Source: Octopus sinensis | Taxonomy: Eukaryota | Direction: 5' to 3' | Assembly: GCF_006345805.1 (NCBI RefSeq) | Contig: NC_043012.1 | Span: 55,986,001 to 56,050,000 of the forward strand | Length of the DNA stretch: 64,000 bases | Shown here: in pieces, positions 52,293 through 64,000 of the stretch | Layout of the letters: each line of letters begins with the position of its first letter | How positions within the stretch are numbered: position 1 is the first letter of the stretch | Position numbers and translations under genes: made by a program | Notes under the pieces: generated by a model | Told to the model about the DNA's origin: nothing | Databases searched by the model: none | What the model saw: only the letters and a program-made list of their open reading frames with translations

Positions 52293-52452
52293 CGACAGGC
52301 TTCTTTCAGTTTCCGTCTACCAAATCCACTCACAAGGCTTTGGTCAGCCCAAAACTATAGTAGAAAACACTTGCCCAAGGTGCCACGCAGTGGGACTGAA
52401 CCCGGAACAATGTGGTTGGTAAGCAAGCTATTTACCACACAGCCACTCCTGC
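52292..52452 (-). mobile_element. SINE family A 5' half (host of the RTE insertion)
   Basis: Reverse complement of the family A head; ends in (TA)n at the LINE 5' junction. Confidence 0.88.
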
Positions 52453-53324
52453 ATCTATAAATAATAATAAACCAAGTACTCTATACCCACCCACAGGATG
52501 CAGGTTTTAATCCTGTTCATATTACTGATTCCCATAACAATGGAACCACACCATTCATTCAGCCTACGTAAGCCAAGTATTTTGAATGGCCACCTCTCCT
52601 TAAAACCACTTCCTCCTTGTTGCATGTTACATTACGAGAAAGAAAAAAAAAAAGCACTTTAGCTCAAAACAGTCAGCGACTACAAATACCCAGAGTACAC
52701 TAAAAAGCATATTCACCATTTAGTCTGTTGCACTTGTGTCAATGACAGAGAAATATAATATAGTATCGTAGAAAATGTTATCTGTATTATAAGCACACCA
52801 AAATCATATTCTTTCTCCATTTCTAAGGCAACCATCAAGCTCTGTTCCCATCTTCCCTCTTTGCCATCATAAAATACTACTTTAGCAAACCTCCTATTAC
52901 GTTCTGGCATAAATACCCGTCGCCATCAAACTATGCCTCACTTCCTGTCCTAATTCTTCCTCTGTGTACTAAGCACGAGCAAGCAAGCTAAAGAGCAAGC
53001 TCCAACATGGTCGAAACACAAGCTAGAAATAACAGCTAAATCTCATCCTTAAGTCCTAAAAATCTCTATATGAAAAAAAAAATAAATGTATTAGATTATG
53101 GGGTTCTCAAGGCATCTTGTCTGAAAATAAGAGGTGATGGTTAGAGTGGAATGTCTTTTGATCATAGATGTGTTCAGTCAGTGCTAATCTCGAGCTAAAC
53201 AGTAACAGCCTTTGAGCCCGAAACAAACAGTGCAGGAAATAAAGACAGAGCATAGATTGAACCCATACTAACTATTGTTGTCTCAGTGAATATTATGATG
53301 TGAATCAACATATAAAGAACCTCC

Positions 53325-54025
53325 GAATTGAACCAGCCAGGATCCCTGGTCTGGTGGTACGTAAAAAGCACTATCCGACTCGTGGCCGTGGCACGTAAAA
53401 TACTCCAATCCGACCGTACGACAGGCACCCATGCCAACCCCCTTTGCTTGTGAAGACATGTTGGGGCAAGCGAAATCGAAATCGAATTGAACCAGCCAGG
53501 ATCCCTGGTCTGGTGGTACGTAAAAAGCACTATCCGACTCGTGGCCGATGCCAGCACCGCCTCGACTGGCTTCCGTGCCGGTGGCACGTAAAATACTCCA
53601 ATCCGACCGTACGACAGGCACCCATGCCAACCCCCTTTGCTTGTGAAGACATGTTGGGGCAAGCGAAATCGAAATCGAATTGAACCAGCCAGGATCCCTG
53701 GTCTGGTGGTACGTAAAAAGCACTATCAGACTCGTGGCCGATGCCAGCACCGCCTCGACTGGCTTCCGTGCCGGTGGCACATAAAATACACCAATCCGAC
53801 CGTGGCCGTTGCCAGCCTCGCCTGGCACCTGTGCAGGTGGCACGTAAAAAGCACCCACTACACTCACGGAGTGGTTGGCGTTAGGAAGGGCATCCAGCTG
53901 TAGAAACATTGCCAGATTAGACTGGAGCCTGGTGCAGCCTTCTGGCTTCCCAGAACCCCGGTCGAACCATCCAACCCATGCTAGCATGGAAAACGGACGT
54001 TAAACGATGATGATGATGATGATGT
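53325..54025 (+). mobile_element. Interspersed repeat family C with a tandemly amplified 5' region and (GAT)n tail
   Basis: Core GTGGTTGGCGTTAGGAAGGGCATCCAGCTGTAGAAA..AACCCATGCTAGCATGGAAAACGGACGTTAAACGATGATG. Other copies: + 5821, 8130, 10320, 11530, 17720, 24065, 28215, 29700, 35295, 37740, 39215, 54385, 63770; - 57830. Confidence 0.9.
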
Positions 54026-54078
54026 ATTGGGGGGGGGAAACCTCATTTATATCTTCCCTTTTACATAACATAAAAGGG

Positions 54079-54113
<35 letters not shown>

Positions 54114-56328
54114 ATCCAAACATGAAAAAATAAAGAGAAAACAACAATGCAAAGACGTGGAACAAATATAGTATTATTGGACGCTCAGGAAAGAAGGAAA
54201 GAAGGAGGGGTTTAACGTTTCAAGCGGAGCTCTTCGTCAGAAACATAGGAAAAGGAAAGATCCAAAGAAGGGAAGACGGAGGAAAAAAAATCACCAACGG
54301 TACACACGCGGTCACATTTTGAATGACCGGAAGATATAAGACACGTCAAGCCAAGTGAAGCCAATGTCATGTAATAAACACCTGTGCCGGTGGTACATAC
54401 AAAGCACCCTTCAAATGTAGGGCCTCACGGAGGTGAAAAGTTACTGAGACCTTTAATGATAGGTCATGCTCAAGAAGACATCAAATCAAGTGGAATCATA
54501 GTTGTATCCAATGCTGGTGTCATGTAACTGGTACCCGTGCTGATAGCATGTAGAAAGCACCCACTGCACCCTTGGAGTGGTCGGCATTAGGAAGGGCATT
54601 CAGCCGTAGAAACCATGCCAAATCAGATTGAAACCCGGTGCAGCTCTCCAGCTTACCTGTTGCTGTCAAGCCATCTAACCCATGCCAGCATGGAAAGCAG
54701 ACGCTAAATGATGACAGACATACAGACAGACATGCATGTCATCTAACCAGAAGTTTGGTAGCTGTTTAGCTCAAGGTCAACCCTAATTGAGCTGACATGA
54801 TCAAAGACATTCTGACTAGGACTATCACACCTGTGCATGTGTGGGGTGGGTGAATGTGTGTTATAGCCTACATTGTTCAATATGTCCTTCTTTATTAAAG
54901 ATAGTAGCATGTGATTTAAAGGTTACATGACTAACACTTCTAGCAAGTCAGTCAGCTATTCAGAAGCTTTCTGGTTGTTCTTAAGAAATTTGTTAGCTAT
55001 AGCTGTGCAAGCAAAGTATGTCTGCAGTAGTCATCTGTCCCTTCGCCAGCCCCACCTCCACAGCCTATGGCAGCTGCATGACCCTGTCACTGACCTCCAA
55101 CTCCCTCCATATACAACACACACACACATACACACACACACACAGAGTTCACCAAACTAATGTGTCTCATCTATCTTTGGTTTCTGTAACCTATCTGCAA
55201 TCTAACGCTGATAACAAGTCCTACAGAAGACACTGAATAAATTCTAAAAGCACTTCACTGTTGCTTGCAAGTAGTAAAATATATCATGCTGCAGTTCTTT
55301 ATTCGACCTTAAGCCAATGTAGAAAAGTCTATGCAGTGACTGCATAGGCGTTTCCACATTGGCTACAAATAGCAGCTAAATTTCCTTCAAATCATATTTT
55401 TATCATCATCATTTAACATCCAGCCTTTCAATGCTTGTGTGGGTTAGGCAGAATTTGATGGAGCAGATGGATTTCTATGGCCAGATGCTCTTCTTTTAAC
55501 CGTTACCAACCTTCAGCTTTTTCCAAGCAAACTGATATTTTCCCCATTTCTAAACGGGTTTTTCAAGGGAAACTGGAAACAAAAACCCCCACCTATATGA
55601 AAATGCTGCTCATTTACAACCGTCACATGTACATACAAAGGTACATACACACACACATAACTGTCACTGTCAGTTACGATGAATGTTCCAGTTGATCTGA
55701 TTGATGGAACAGCCTGCTCGTGAAATTAATATGCAAGTGGCTGAACACTCCACAGACATGCATACCCTTAACGTGGTTCTCGGGGAGATTCAGCACAACA
55801 CAGAATGTGACATGGCTGGCTGGCCCTTTGAAATACAAGTACCATCCATTTTTGCCAGCTCAATAGACTAAAAGCAACATGAAATAAAGGGTCATACTCA
55901 AGGACACAACATACTGCCCAGTGTTGAACTCATGACCTTACGCTCGTGAGCCGAACACCCTAACCACTCAGCCCCCCCCCCCCCACACACACAGACTTCT
56001 TTCATTTACCATCTACCAAATCCACTCACAAGGTTTAGTTGGCCTGACACTGCAGTAGAAGGCACTGGTCAAAGGTGGTGCTCAGTAGGACTGAACCCAA
56101 GACCACATGGTTGGCAAGCAAGCTTCTTAACCACATAACCGCACCTTCACCTGCTTCATATGTAGTCATAAAGCCACTTTTTCAGAGCTTTCTAGCTTGT
56201 GGGATATATTCATTGAGGGGTGACCTAAAGCCATACAACAGTAGTAGCAAAAACAACTTTATTAGAGCCAGCACTCATACTAAGCCTCAGATGTAATGTA
56301 GTACTCTTCACAGGATGTGATCTACTAA

Positions 56329-56364
<36 letters not shown>

Positions 56365-58916
56365 CCTGTTACTATTCTTGATTCAGTAATTCACAGTGCC
56401 CGAGGAGCAGCAATCTGGCATGGATCCAAACTAACATCCTTTCATACAGTTGCACTCAATGTAACTAAGATCTGACTTTCATTACAAAACCTCTCTACTT
56501 ACGTCATAAACAAGCCAAGGATCCTCTGCATGGTCACTCGGCTGGTTAGAAATAGTAGCCAAGATTTCCTCAAATCAAACCCTAGTGACATCATCATTAT
56601 CATCATCCTCGTTTTGATGTCCAGTTTTTCATACATGTACGGGTCTGATGGAGTTTATTCATGCAGATCTTCTACAGCCAGATACCCTTCCTATCACCAA
56701 CCCTTACTTGTTTCCAAGCAAGGAAAGGTTTTTCCATGGCTAGACATGTTTACAAAGAATGTTGGAAATGAATGATGTTCCTTGTATGACAGTGACACTT
56801 GCTCACAACTCTCATGCAATGTCAAAACAAAGAGACACAAACATAAATGCACATATACACACTTATGATGGATTTCTTTCAGTTTCCATCTACCAGATCC
56901 ACTCACAAGGCTTTGGTTTGTTTGGGTATTACAGCAGAAGACACTTGCCCATGGTACCACACACACTGAGAGTGAATCTGAAACCAATGTCTCCATAAAA
57001 AAAAAACAAAAAAAAAACCTCACTGAATCATGTACAAATAAAGTCTGATCACTGCTAGAATGCATGTGATGGTAGTTCTGCTTGATCAGGGTTTACCTGG
57101 GGCTAAACAACACTCCGCATCAACTCAAATTTTCTCTTCTTTATATACACCAACCTTGACCTATCAAACAGAACATCTTCCTAATTAAACAACATGCACA
57201 TTATATCCTTTGTACATTAAGTACCTGAGAAATACTCAGTTTCTCTCACTTCTGTCATCATCATCATCATAATCATCTGAACTGCTTTGCTCTCTTATGA
57301 AATAATTTTCTTTATCATTGCTCAAGTTCTCATACATATCACTTTCACCACACAGTCACCACGGACAGGCAAATGTCTGCAGAACCTTCAAAAGTATTTA
57401 AGGGATAATACTTCTCCTTAGTTTCAGAAACTATTAAGCAAAAAAGAACAAGCTCTCCAGTAGATCTAAGCCCCCACCCCATAGAAGACACACACACAGG
57501 TACATATTCTGACAGCTATCAATCAAACACTTTTCTACTTGTATTCCCTTCTTTTGTAGACAAGCTAGCTTACCACTTGATAACCTTCCCTGTCAGATTA
57601 CCTCAAGATTATAATTAACTACCAGTAACTGTTGTATTACAACAGTCTTCAAACTCGTTTTTCTTTTCATTGCACTTCTCTGTGATTGTCCCCGTTTTGT
57701 TCTGTCAAGTCACAAACTTGATCTGTAGCTTCCACGAAGTTTACTCATAAGAATACACAATATTTTTTTCCATATTTGTCCTTAATGTCATTATCACATA
57801 GCATTTGCATTTGTCATCGTCATCATCATCATCACCATTGTAATCATTTAAAGTCTGTTCTCCATTCTGGCATGGATTAGACAGTTTGACAGGACCCACA
57901 AGTCAGAGTTGCATCAGGCTCAAATGTCAACTTTTCTACAACTGAATGCCTTTACCAAACCTTCCAAATGCCCATCATTTTACAAAATGTACGGGATGGG
58001 GAATGGTCCTCTTTTTTTTTTTTTTGAAAACCAACATTAGTGAGGTCACCAAATAACTTGCAAGAAAAAAAAAATGAAAGGAAAAAAGGGAAAAGCCTCT
58101 TCAACAGAGTGCAGGTGGTGCTTTTATGCTAGGTGTTGAAGGTTATAGTACGATAGATAGGTGGGACAATTTCACAAAAACATTCTTAAACTCATGCAAT
58201 CCCCTCTCCTACTCCTTGGGTCCAATAGTAGTACTTTGAATGTGCTGCTGTTAATATTAAGGGTGGGATGCCACATTGCTGAACCTATAATAGTCTTGAA
58301 ATCATGATTTCCCTAAAATGAAACTTAATGAGAAATAAAGAGTGAAATTCCTGCCTCCATTCACAACTTGGATGCAAGCCTGACTGCGTAATTAAGGAGT
58401 ATGACTCACAACCACCATTGCTCCGAGTTTCATCCAACTGTGTGGAACTTTGGTTAAGGGTCTTCTACTGTAGCCATGTGTTCACTACTGCCTTCTGAGT
58501 AAAATCTGGCTGAGAGAAATTTGAGCAAGACTCTGTGTGTGTGTGTGCGCGCATGCACATGTACAAATATGAGCACTAGTGAAAGATATATACACTTCAG
58601 TGAGAAAAACTGGCAATAACCCAATGTCTCATAGCATCTAGTCTGCTAAAGTTACACAGATATGCCATTGCTGATCATGATACTAGAAATGCATGATTGA
58701 GCCCAACGGTGTTATTGTTCACAAAGCATATGGTATGTAAAATACAATGAAATATAATTCTAAAATGGAAACACTTCTGCAGCATATTTAAAGTTTCATA
58801 CCTTCTGAAGCTTTTTCGCTGTGCTCCACATAAATATCATTCAGCAAATATTAATGCTGAAGGACACATTCCTCACATTTCTATACATTTCTAAACCATC
58901 TGCTTTTAAGGTTCTC

Positions 58917-58917
58917 A

Positions 58918-58999
<82 letters not shown>

Positions 59000-59016
59000 A
59001 CACACACACACGCACA
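58917..59016. repeat. Long (CA)n microsatellite
   Basis: Direct inspection. Other long microsatellites at about 3770-3822, 19690-19725, 39665-39707, 46255-46360, 46670-46920, 52228-52290. Confidence 0.98.
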
Positions 59017-59709
59017 CAAAAAAAAAGAAAAACCTCAATCAGCAGATTTAGCTGACATAATAACTAAAATATACTGACCTAGATGACAGCCTGTTTTTAT
59101 TTTTTTTGTTTTCTAATTTTCTAAAACGAGTCACAAATAAAATGGAATCATTTGCATCACAAAATATCTTCTAGTTTATAGCAATTCTTGCTTTAAAAGA
59201 AGCAGAACTACATCCTATATATCCTGTGAAACTTCTCAACAAAAGCAACATTCAAGAAGTGCTTTTTTTCTCTTTTTTTCCTCACTGGCTATTTGTTGAT
59301 CTGAGAAAGTAAGGGTAAATTCCATAATCAACCACTTCCTTCTGAAACAAACCAAAAGAGCAGAATAGTGGCTATTGTTCAACCCTGGTCAGACGTGCTG
59401 TGACCAAACTTCTTTTTTTTTCTTTTTTTTTTCCATACATAGTGTATCTAGGACTACATTATTCAGTGAGTCATGGATATCTTGAGCAAGAGGAGTAAAA
59501 GAAATGAGACCAACGCAACCAAGTATCAAACACCCACATCATAAATTTAGCTTGCCCAGAGCTTACAAGTTTCTAGTCACTATTTCCTATAAACAAATCA
59601 GATAGAAACCTTTAGCAATAAACTTCCCAGGCACTTCAATCTTTTGTACATACCACTTTGTACATATTTTTCAACCAATACTGATGATAAGACTTAATAT
59701 TTCATACCT

Positions 59710-60108
59710 ATATAGCCTGGTTGAGAAGTTTACTTTCCAAAACATGGTTCCTGGTTCAACCCCACAATGTGACACCCTGGGTAAAGTGCCTTCTACTATG
59801 GTTCCAGCCAACCAAAGCATTGTGAATGACTTTGGAGACAGAAACTGAAAGAAGCCGTGTATGTGCTGTGTCCCCTTGTTTTGATATCACATGATTATTG
59901 TAAACAAGTGTCACTGTCATATAGGCAATGTCACTCATTTCTAATATTCTCCAGAAACATATCTGACCATGGGGAAACATTACCTTGCTTGGAAAGAGGT
60001 GAGGATTGGCAACAAGAAGGACATCTGATTGTAGAAAACCTGCCTCAATAAATTCTGTCTGACCCATGCAAGCATGGGAAAATGGACATTTAGTGACGAT
60101 GGTGATGA
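59710..60108 (+). mobile_element. SINE family A head with alternative tail 2
   Basis: Same head followed by ..GGATTGGCAACAAGAAGGAC..CCCATGCAAGCATGGGAAAATGGAC. Similar copies: + 23199-23626; - 56600-56990, 61490-61915; tail-only at 1480-1710, 15190-15330, 20000-20170, 48530-48640, 55400-55720. Confidence 0.85.
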
Positions 60109-60149
60109 ATGATTGCAAGCAACTAGAAACAGTACTTTCAATTTTAATG

Positions 60150-60712
60150 ACACCCAATCGCATTAGGAGGAGGAGACCCCCTTCAGTCATGAATGACCAT
60201 GGGATTGCAACTAGAAAGTTACTCTCCGAGGCACAAGTCTTATTTCTTTACTGCCCACAAGGGGCTACACACAGAGGGGACAAACAAGGACAGACAAATG
60301 GATTAAGTCGATTACATTGACCCCGAAAGGATGAAAGGCAAAGTCGACCTTAGCAGAATTTGAACTCAGAAAGTAGCAGTAGACGAAATACCACTAAGCA
60401 TTTCGCCCGGTGTGCTAATGTTTCTGCCAGCTCGCCTCCGAGGCACAAGTCTGGACAAGGTTGTTTGTGGAAGGCTAGTAGTCACCCATGCATACCGGCC
60501 TCCCCTTCACACCACCAGTGTTATCCAAGGGAAAGGCAAGGCCGATACAGCTTGGCACCAGTGATGTCGCAACTCATTTCTACAGTTGAGTTAGCTGGAG
60601 CAACATGAAATAAAGTGTCTTGCTCAAGAACACAACATGCAGCCCAGTCCGGGAATCGAACTAACAACCTCACGATCATAAGCTCATCTAACCACTGAGC
60701 CATGCACCTTCA
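60150..60712 (-). mobile_element. tRNA-derived SINE family G
   Basis: Head GGCTCAGTGGTTAGA..CGATTCCCGGAC..TTGAGCAAGACACTTTATTTCATGTTGCTCCAG. Other copies: about 16575-16885(-), 17430-17690(-), 26500-26810(+), 55700-55975(-). Confidence 0.85.
60241..60435 (-). mobile_element. Young SINE family B copy (long-tail subfamily) nested in a family G SINE
   Basis: Flanked by a perfect direct repeat CTCCGAGGCACAAGTCT (60224-60240, 60436-60452). Confidence 0.93.
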
Positions 60713-61708
60713 CATTAAAACTGCAATAATATATACAAGTAACTTTCAGACCATATAAATCTCGATCTGGATCTTAATAGCATTCAGGAGTTTATGAATA
60801 CAACCATTTACAGTCCAAAATACAACTAAAAATTTACTCTCCAGGTAAAAGATTAAAAGAATATTTACCTTAGGTGAAGCTAGGTGTTAAAAAATACTGT
60901 GAGAAAATCTTTTGTTATGTTATTCTATTGAATATATATAGCATACTTCACTTCAGCTATTCTTCACCACCAAGGAAAGGGGAATGGAAAATGATCTCTT
61001 AGTGAGTAAGTAGTAGCAGTAGTAAGAAGCACTACATATGTATGTTTAGCCTAGATCTATATAAATATACATGGCCAAATGGTAATGATAAAGTTACAGG
61101 CTCTGAATCAGAAAAGAAGAAACAAAAAAAAAAAATAGTAATAAAAAGGAAATGTAAAGGACAAAATGGTGATAATTCATTTAGATATCCTCTCACCAGA
61201 AACGAAACAACCACACCCCAAACAACAGACTTTTATCATTTCAATGGGTGTTAATAATGATAATAGATCTAATTATAGCCTATGACTAAAAAGTTCTAAA
61301 TAAAAATTAACAATCGAAAGATATAAAACATCTTTTTTTTTTATTTTGTGCCTTTGTGTTCAAGAAGGGAAGGCACAGGGAGAGATTGTTAAGGTTATTT
61401 AGGAATCGTAGTCTTTGTTTAGGAAGATCTGCTTAAACAGAGTATTTCGTTACAATATTGTAACTATGGCCTTTGAGTTAGTGAACATCATCGTTTAAGG
61501 ACTGCTTTTCCATGCTTGTATGGGTCAGGCAGGATTTGTTGTGGCAGATTTTCTACGGCTGAGATGCCCTTCCTGTGACCAACACTTACCTGTTTTCAAG
61601 CAAGGTAATGTTTCCCCCTTGACCGGACAGGTTTTCTGTGGGAAGACTGGAAACAAATAACCTCACTTATGTAACAGCAATGGTCATCTATAACCATCAC
61701 ATGATGTC

Positions 61709-61759
<51 letters not shown>

Positions 61760-62199
61760 GGGCTTCTTTCAGTTTCCATCTACAAAATCCACTCACAAGG
61801 CTTTGATCAACTTGGGAATATAGTTAAAGACATTTGCTTAAGATGCTACACAGTGGGACTGAACCCAAGAACACACGGTTTGGAAGCAAGCTTCTGAACC
61901 ATACAGTCGTGCCTGTGCCTATAACAGGGGAGGGGAAACTTTTTAGTGTGGCAGGCAAAAATTTCCAAAGAAAAAGGTCCGTAAGAGGATCACTAGTTCT
62001 AACTCTTATATCCGTGTAAATCTTGTATATATCTATGTATAATTCAATATACATTAATGAAGATAAGTTTAACAATTAAATTAACATGTAACATCCTCAT
62101 TAACACCACCACGGTTTAGAGCAAATATCTTGACACTAAGTAAATGAGGAGTAAATCTCTTCCAGAATAGGCAGCCAGCCTACTATCTTATGTAACATT

Positions 62200-63000
62200 T
62201 GCAGAGAATATGCAAATTCCTAACAATTAAATGAATACAGAATGTAGAATTGAAAGGCATGTCTCCAATACTTAAAGCAACTTCGGTAGAAGATTTAAGC
62301 TGAAGAACTTTGAGATGGTAGTCTAACATGGGATGAAGGAAAAAAATGCTCCTTTACTCTAAGTTGTGATGCCTGAAGAAAAATCACAGAGCTGATCAAA
62401 TAATTCTGTTCAAGAGTAAACAAGCTGAAAATAGTGTGAATTTAATAGTAACAGGATGATGGCAACACAAGGAAACAAGGTTAAAAACCAGTTATTGGGA
62501 TCTGCTCTGTTTATGAAACACATGGTTTTCTTATGACTGAAATCCGAAATAACGGTCAAAACAAAGAGTTTGGCTTAAATCAAAAGTGCCAGAAGATAAA
62601 GGCCAAGATGTCGGCTAGTCTTCTGTGATGCATTCTGTAGTGTTCAGAAAACAGCTGACTTTCCAAACTTGGCAGCTATAGCAGCTACTTTGATACAGCA
62701 GAAGCAGCCAAGCTGGCGAGGATTTGTCAGATGTCAGGAGTAGTGCTGGATGTAAAGCAGATGATAGAGTTGCTGTTATTAGTTGGGAGGAAAAGGAAGC
62801 TGGAGAGAGAAGTTGATAGAAATGTTCTTGAAATAGCATCTGAAAAACATGTCTATACTTGGAAAGGAACGATTGCTAGCTACACTTGGAATGGAAGCAT
62901 ATCTTGCCTTTCTCGTACTATTTTTGGTTTGTGGGACTGTCATAGGATTGTCAGCACCAACAGTTGGATTCAAAGACATAATGCTTTGGAGTTGGAGTTT
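62200..63000 (-). mobile_element. Possible very old CR1/L2-type LINE ORF2 remnant
   Basis: More balanced base composition than the flanks; broken peptide pieces (ILASL..LADILAFIF, HHPV.., RHHNL) loosely recall RT domain 0-2. Many stops. Confidence 0.3.
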
Positions 63001-64000
63001 TCTTTTTTTTTTTTCTCCCCTCTTAAACTTCCAGACATTTTCTAGTGAGCCACAAGTGTGAGCTAGGGTTCTAGCTAGATATTAGAGAAATCAAAAATAT
63101 ATATGACCATAACAAAAAGAACAGAATCTTAGTTTTCCCATTACGAATGGATCACAGTTTGTCTTAATCAGACAACTCATCAGGATAAGCTATCATAGAA
63201 AACCAGCTAGCAGATTTCTACCATGTGGGGTTAAGATTAAGTTGAAATCTGGTTAAATGTGATATTGACTTTTCATGCAGGCACCAGTCACAGAAGTCAG
63301 GTGCTGATGCAGAGATTAAGGAACAGAGGAACAAAATTAAGATTTAGATAATGATGATTTAGTGGTGGTGATGATAGTGAGGATGGTAATGAAGCTGGTG
63401 AGCATGATGATGATGATGATGATGATGTAGCAAATCAATGGAAATGCAAAGCTTTCAGCTTCTACACCAACTAGTTTTGGTGGATGCCCTTGATGCATGG
63501 ATTAAGGCAATTAAAAGAGATAAAAGAAGACCCTATCACTACCATCTTTATCATCATCCAACTACCACCACCCATCCTGATAATAATGTGGTGAAGTCCT
63601 ATATCTACTCTATAACAAGACACCTGTACTTGTCCCTCTATCATACTTTAGCCTTTCAACACCTGGCATAAAGCCACCTTCTCCCTCTCAAATACTGCTC
63701 CCATTAGTCCTCCCTTTTCTTCATTTACCCCCTTTTTCCTGTGTTCTTTCCTGTCTTACTAGTGCCACTGGCATGAAATAAGCACCCATTAAGCACTGTA
63801 TAGTGTGATAGAATTAGGCACCAAGCCATAGGAAACATGTCAAAGCTTATACTGAAGCTTGGTGAAGTCCTGTAGCTCACCAGATCCTGTCAAACTGTTC
63901 AACCCATGCCAGCATAGAAGACAATGGTAATGAAGATAAAATGATAGTAATCAGGCTTAAATGATAAAATGTAAATGTATAAGGTGCAGGAGTGGGTGTG

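Noticed and set aside
52920-53015. Promoter-like ETS (CACTTCCTGT) and YY1-like (AACATGG) motifs
   Set aside because: Short motifs expected by chance; adjacent to a repeat; no other support.
53195-53987. 155- and 234-aa ORFs with internal repeats
   Set aside because: They arise from the tandem GC-rich units of repeat family C; no domain recognised; similar short ORFs occur at every copy.
55190-55219. 30-nt exon candidate (tgtcttctgtag ... TAG|gttaca)
   Set aside because: Weak donor, phase incompatible with exon A, no homology.
57574-57760. Possible FHA-region exon ending at gtaagc
   Set aside because: Stops in the required frame; no SLMAP similarity.
61586-61600. AG|GTAAGT recursive splice site
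   Set aside because: Part of a SINE tail present in many copies; no pyrimidine tract.

Overview
AT-rich eukaryotic genomic DNA, almost certainly octopus/coleoid. That call rests on recall of the SINE landscape and (TA)n/(CA)n/(TAA)n microsatellite density, not on a database search. The window is the middle of one minus-strand gene, SLMAP (sarcolemmal membrane-associated protein, STRIPAK component). I assembled 17 GT-AG coding exons by hand (41519 down to 2744; 1394 nt, about 464 codons, phases consistent, no stops). They cover the region after the FHA domain and the coiled coil. I did not find the FHA exons, so the upstream intron is probably >22 kb, and the C-terminal tail-anchor exons lie beyond position 1. 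Introns are filled with tRNA-derived SINEs (several modular families), RTE LINE fragments, piggyBac/hAT/Tc1-mariner MITEs, a non-autonomous Helitron, Penelope-like remnants and microsatellites. Nearly all listed ORFs are spurious. I cannot claim a proven new system. The best leads are: a run of phase-1/1 exons of mostly 63/66 nt with one junction-generated stop and several candidate cassette/terminal exons; a 26-bp minisatellite of branch-point/QKI-like motifs just upstream of an exon; fold-back palindromes and inverted SINE arrays that would form long dsRNA in the pre-mRNA; and a strong orientation bias in one repeat family. Exon and TSD coordinates are base-counted; other repeat boundaries are approximate.
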